A stretch of DNA of 64,000 nucleotides from Gonapodya sp. JEL0774. Its lineage: Eukaryota. Each line of letters starts with the position of its first letter. Position 1 is the stretch's first letter. Positions 61,229 to 64,000 of this stretch are shown one piece after another. The stretch lies in contig JADIIX010000005.1 in NCBI GenBank assembly GCA_027604505.1, forward strand, positions 186,001 to 250,000, written 5' to 3'. The position numbers were made by a program, and so were the translations under genes. The notes under the pieces were generated by a model. It was not told the DNA's origin, searched no databases, and worked only from the letters and a program-made list of their open reading frames with translations.

Positions 61229-62491
61229 CTAATTCGGGAAGTCAAGTATTTCTGCAGCTTCAAACTTGCGAAACACCCTCGCCAGGCTGCCCGGTGACCT
61301 TCCCTTGGCATCTACTATAAATGGACTCCCGCCAAGTTCAAGTAACTGAGTTATAACTCGAAGTTGATTCTCCTTGGCCTGTCATGTATCCGAATGAAGT
61401 TCAAGTGGAATCAATTGGACTGGGTGCCAGCGACAGTGCTCACCGCATACTGTAGCGGAGTCCAACCATCGACTCCGTCCCTTAGGTTTATATCCACGCT
61501 TTTACCCACCAGCTGCTCATGTTCGTGTAATATCGCTGCGATTGATTCCACGGCGCCAACCAGTGCTGCGTGATGTAGAGGAGATCGTTCGAAAGAGTCA
61601 CCTCGAACGAGAAGTCGGGCTGCTTTTGTTGGTCCCGGCCGGGTGGAGACAGTCCCGGAGATCCAAGAAATGAGAGCAGGGCAGTTGACGAGGGAGGCTA
61701 GAGAAATGGCAGAGAGACCAGAGGAGTCCTTGGCAGCGAGACGGGAATTCCTGGCGCCCCCGCATCGCGGGCAGCATCCAGCGCAGAAGTGAGAATACGG
61801 GCCGTTTCGAGGTGACCCGCGAAGATAGAGAGGAGAAAAGGTGTTGATCCGTTGCTGGTACGAGCGAGGAGGAGATCCGGGGTGAAGGAGACGTCGTCCG
61901 AAACAAACGAGAGGAGCGCGTTGACCGAGGACGTGTGTCCCGACGACGCGGCAAGATGGAGCGCGCTCCACGACGCTTTATCTGTTGGGGACAGTGTTGT
62001 GCGCAGACCAGACCGGTCTGTCGACAGAGGAAGGAGGAATCGCATCTGCGGTTCAAGTCCTTTGGCGGCGGCTGTCATGAGGGGTGTCCTTGTGCCCTGC
62101 TTCAGTGCTTGAGGGGAAAGACGTAGACCTCATTGCTAGAAGAAGAGCGACTCAACTGATCTCGACAAAATGGGACGACACACCATTTGAGTCGACCATT
62201 GGTGCAATCCACTGAACACATTCGATATCTTCGATTGCCTCATGAAGTGCTGTCCTTGCAGCGTTGTTGGAGATGCTCGCATCAGCCCCGAATTCTTCGA
62301 TCAGAAGTCTTGGGAACAAGCAAGAGAAGGATCAGCTCCCATCTGCACCGCCAGAGACATTGCTTGACACGGACTTCATGAGCACGATGTTTTTTTCCCG
62401 TGCTGCGTGATGTAAAAGGGTATCTTCGTTCTCGAGCTTTCATTTTAGCATCCTTCTTGAGCGCCTTCATTTGACCGTTGGTCAGCGACAT
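61229..62491 (-). pseudogene. Ankyrin-repeat gene (ANKRD16-like) with multiple frameshifts and stops
   Basis: Ankyrin repeats DTLLHHAAR, RTALHE, RTPLMTAAAKG, WSALHLAASSGH, STPFLLSIFAGHLE, RSPLHHAA and WTPLQYA. Frame breaks near 62430, 62150-62110, 61760 and 61320. Confidence 0.7.
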
Positions 62492-62639
62492 CACCCTACA
62501 TATAATACTCGTTGTTGTGGAGACGAAAAACTCCGAGACAATCAAAATTGATAAACTTAACTATTATTGGATTTCTGAAACGTTCAGACGCAAACAACAT
62601 ACAAATGAAGATGAAGAGTTCCAACAATTACCTCTCAAC

Positions 62640-64000
62640 TCATTGCACAATCCCCTCCTCCGCTCTCATTCTCTCCACCAATTCCTTACTCTCAGCCCAT
62701 CTGCCCTTCTCATAGTACTCGGGATACTGATCAACCAGCCTCCTCACCTCCTCCAATCCTTCCTTCAACCTCGGCGTCATCTCCTCAAAAACATCCGAGA
62801 ACAAAAACTCCACGGGCGGCTTCGGTAATGACTCGGCATGTTCCAATGCCGAAACAACTTCGAGTCGCGCGGCCTCCTTGAGCTGGGCTTCGTGTGTGAG
62901 ATCGAGTAGGTTGCGCGCGAGGAGGTATTGGCGGAGTCGAGTGACCGGGTTGAACATTGTAGATTGGCGGGCGACTTCCTGCATACGATAATAGCGATGG
63001 TGGGACCGAAAACACAATAGCGGTTGGTGCTCAGGTCTGCGCTCCACACTTCTACAACTACCTTCCACCGACTCTCCGCACCCACTCGGACACTCACATC
63101 TCTGTTCCTATACACCGTACTATCATCACTCGTGGAATGGTGTCCCAACCTGATGGACAGACACTCGATCAGCACCGGCGTCTCTTCCTCGATGGCGATC
63201 TCCCTCGCCCGCCGCATGGCGGACAAGACGGCGAAGAAATCCGACGCGTCCACTCGGATGTGTGGAATGCCATAGCCGTGGCCGCGGGAAGCTGATTGGG
63301 AGAAGTTTTTGAGGCAGGGGATGTTTTTGACGGACATAGGGGATTGAAATTCGCTAGATCAAAGTGTGAACGGAGAACAAATGACTTACCAATTCCATCA
63401 CCGACATACTGTTCCGAAATGGGGGTAGAAATAGCCCACCCATTATTTCGACTGAAAAATGGAAACAAAATAATGATGAAGATGAGGAACACATCAAGAA
63501 ACGGGGAATCGAGCACCAAACCACACCAATCTCAACAACCAAGAGGCTGCCATCTCCACACCAATCCCCACAGTGCGTTATCGCCCTCACAAACTCACCA
63601 AACAAATATTGTAGGTGACTTTGTTGTAGCAGCGATGTTGATCGCTCCGTGGAAATCCCCTTCTGAAGCCGCCTGGCGGGTATCCAAAAACAACACAACG
63701 AGTTAAGCAGGGAAATATTGGGGTAAGAAGCACATAAGTAATGTATACGAGCCGAGGTTAGTAGCTGAAGGCACGATCTGCTCTCCTGTTCCCCATCAAC
63801 CCTGCGGACACAACCTACCCCATCCCCAAATACCACCACACTGACAACCCCTTCCACCGGCTCCCCCCTCTCTTTCGCCTTCTTCCTCTTCATCTTCTCC
63901 CCGTACGCCGCGCCCACCGCGTGGGGCAACTGGGTTGCCAAGTTCGCTTTCATGGTATGGAAGTTGGTGGCGCGGGAGCCTACACATTGGGGCATCTGGA
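62640..64000 (-). CDS. BCKDHA: Branched-chain 2-oxoacid dehydrogenase E1 alpha subunit (3' part; 5' end outside window)
   Basis: LATQLPHAVGAAY, TPP motif FGDG|AASEGDFH...RNNGWAISTP, PVLIE, RLGHHSTSDDS and KPPVEFLFSDVF. Confidence 0.92.

Noticed and set aside
61750..61765. Frame change in the ankyrin gene as programmed frameshifting
   Set aside because: No canonical slippery heptamer, and several other lesions occur in the same gene.
1..64000. CRISPR arrays, rRNA/tRNA genes, transposases, prokaryotic operons or defence systems
   Set aside because: None were recognised by eye and the DNA is intron-rich eukaryotic sequence. Small ncRNAs cannot be excluded without tRNAscan-SE or Infernal.

Overview
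Gene-dense eukaryotic (fungal) genomic DNA with many short GT-AG spliceosomal introns, so the six-frame ORFs are mostly single exons or antisense shadows. Gene models below were spliced by eye and some exon boundaries are approximate. Fungal hallmarks (GT15/KRE2 mannosyltransferase, Cch1-type channel, Vps36 with two NZF fingers, Gin4/Cdr2-type kinase) occur alongside a ciliary TOG protein (TOGARAM/crescerin-like) and several animal-like genes (TRAF7-like, CRIB-containing WASP, PLOD-type glycosyltransferase, ANKRD16-like). This points, by inference, to a zoosporic chytrid-grade fungus. There are about 21 protein-coding loci, two clearly lesioned pseudogenes and two assembly gaps. I saw no recognisable RNA genes, CRISPR arrays or transposases. 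The most notable observations are: (1) an intron-containing, membrane-anchored DUF2252 kinase-fold gene of bacterial type, inside a tightly packed same-strand run with a Golgi mannosyltransferase, a cysteine synthase (24-nt intergenic gap) and a mucin-like SH3 surface sensor; (2) a four-domain Cch1/NALCN-like channel with a D/E/E/D selectivity ring; (3) a TRAF7-architecture E3 ligase; (4) a stand-alone PLOD-type glycosyltransferase; (5) a WASP gene whose ATG appears split by an intron.
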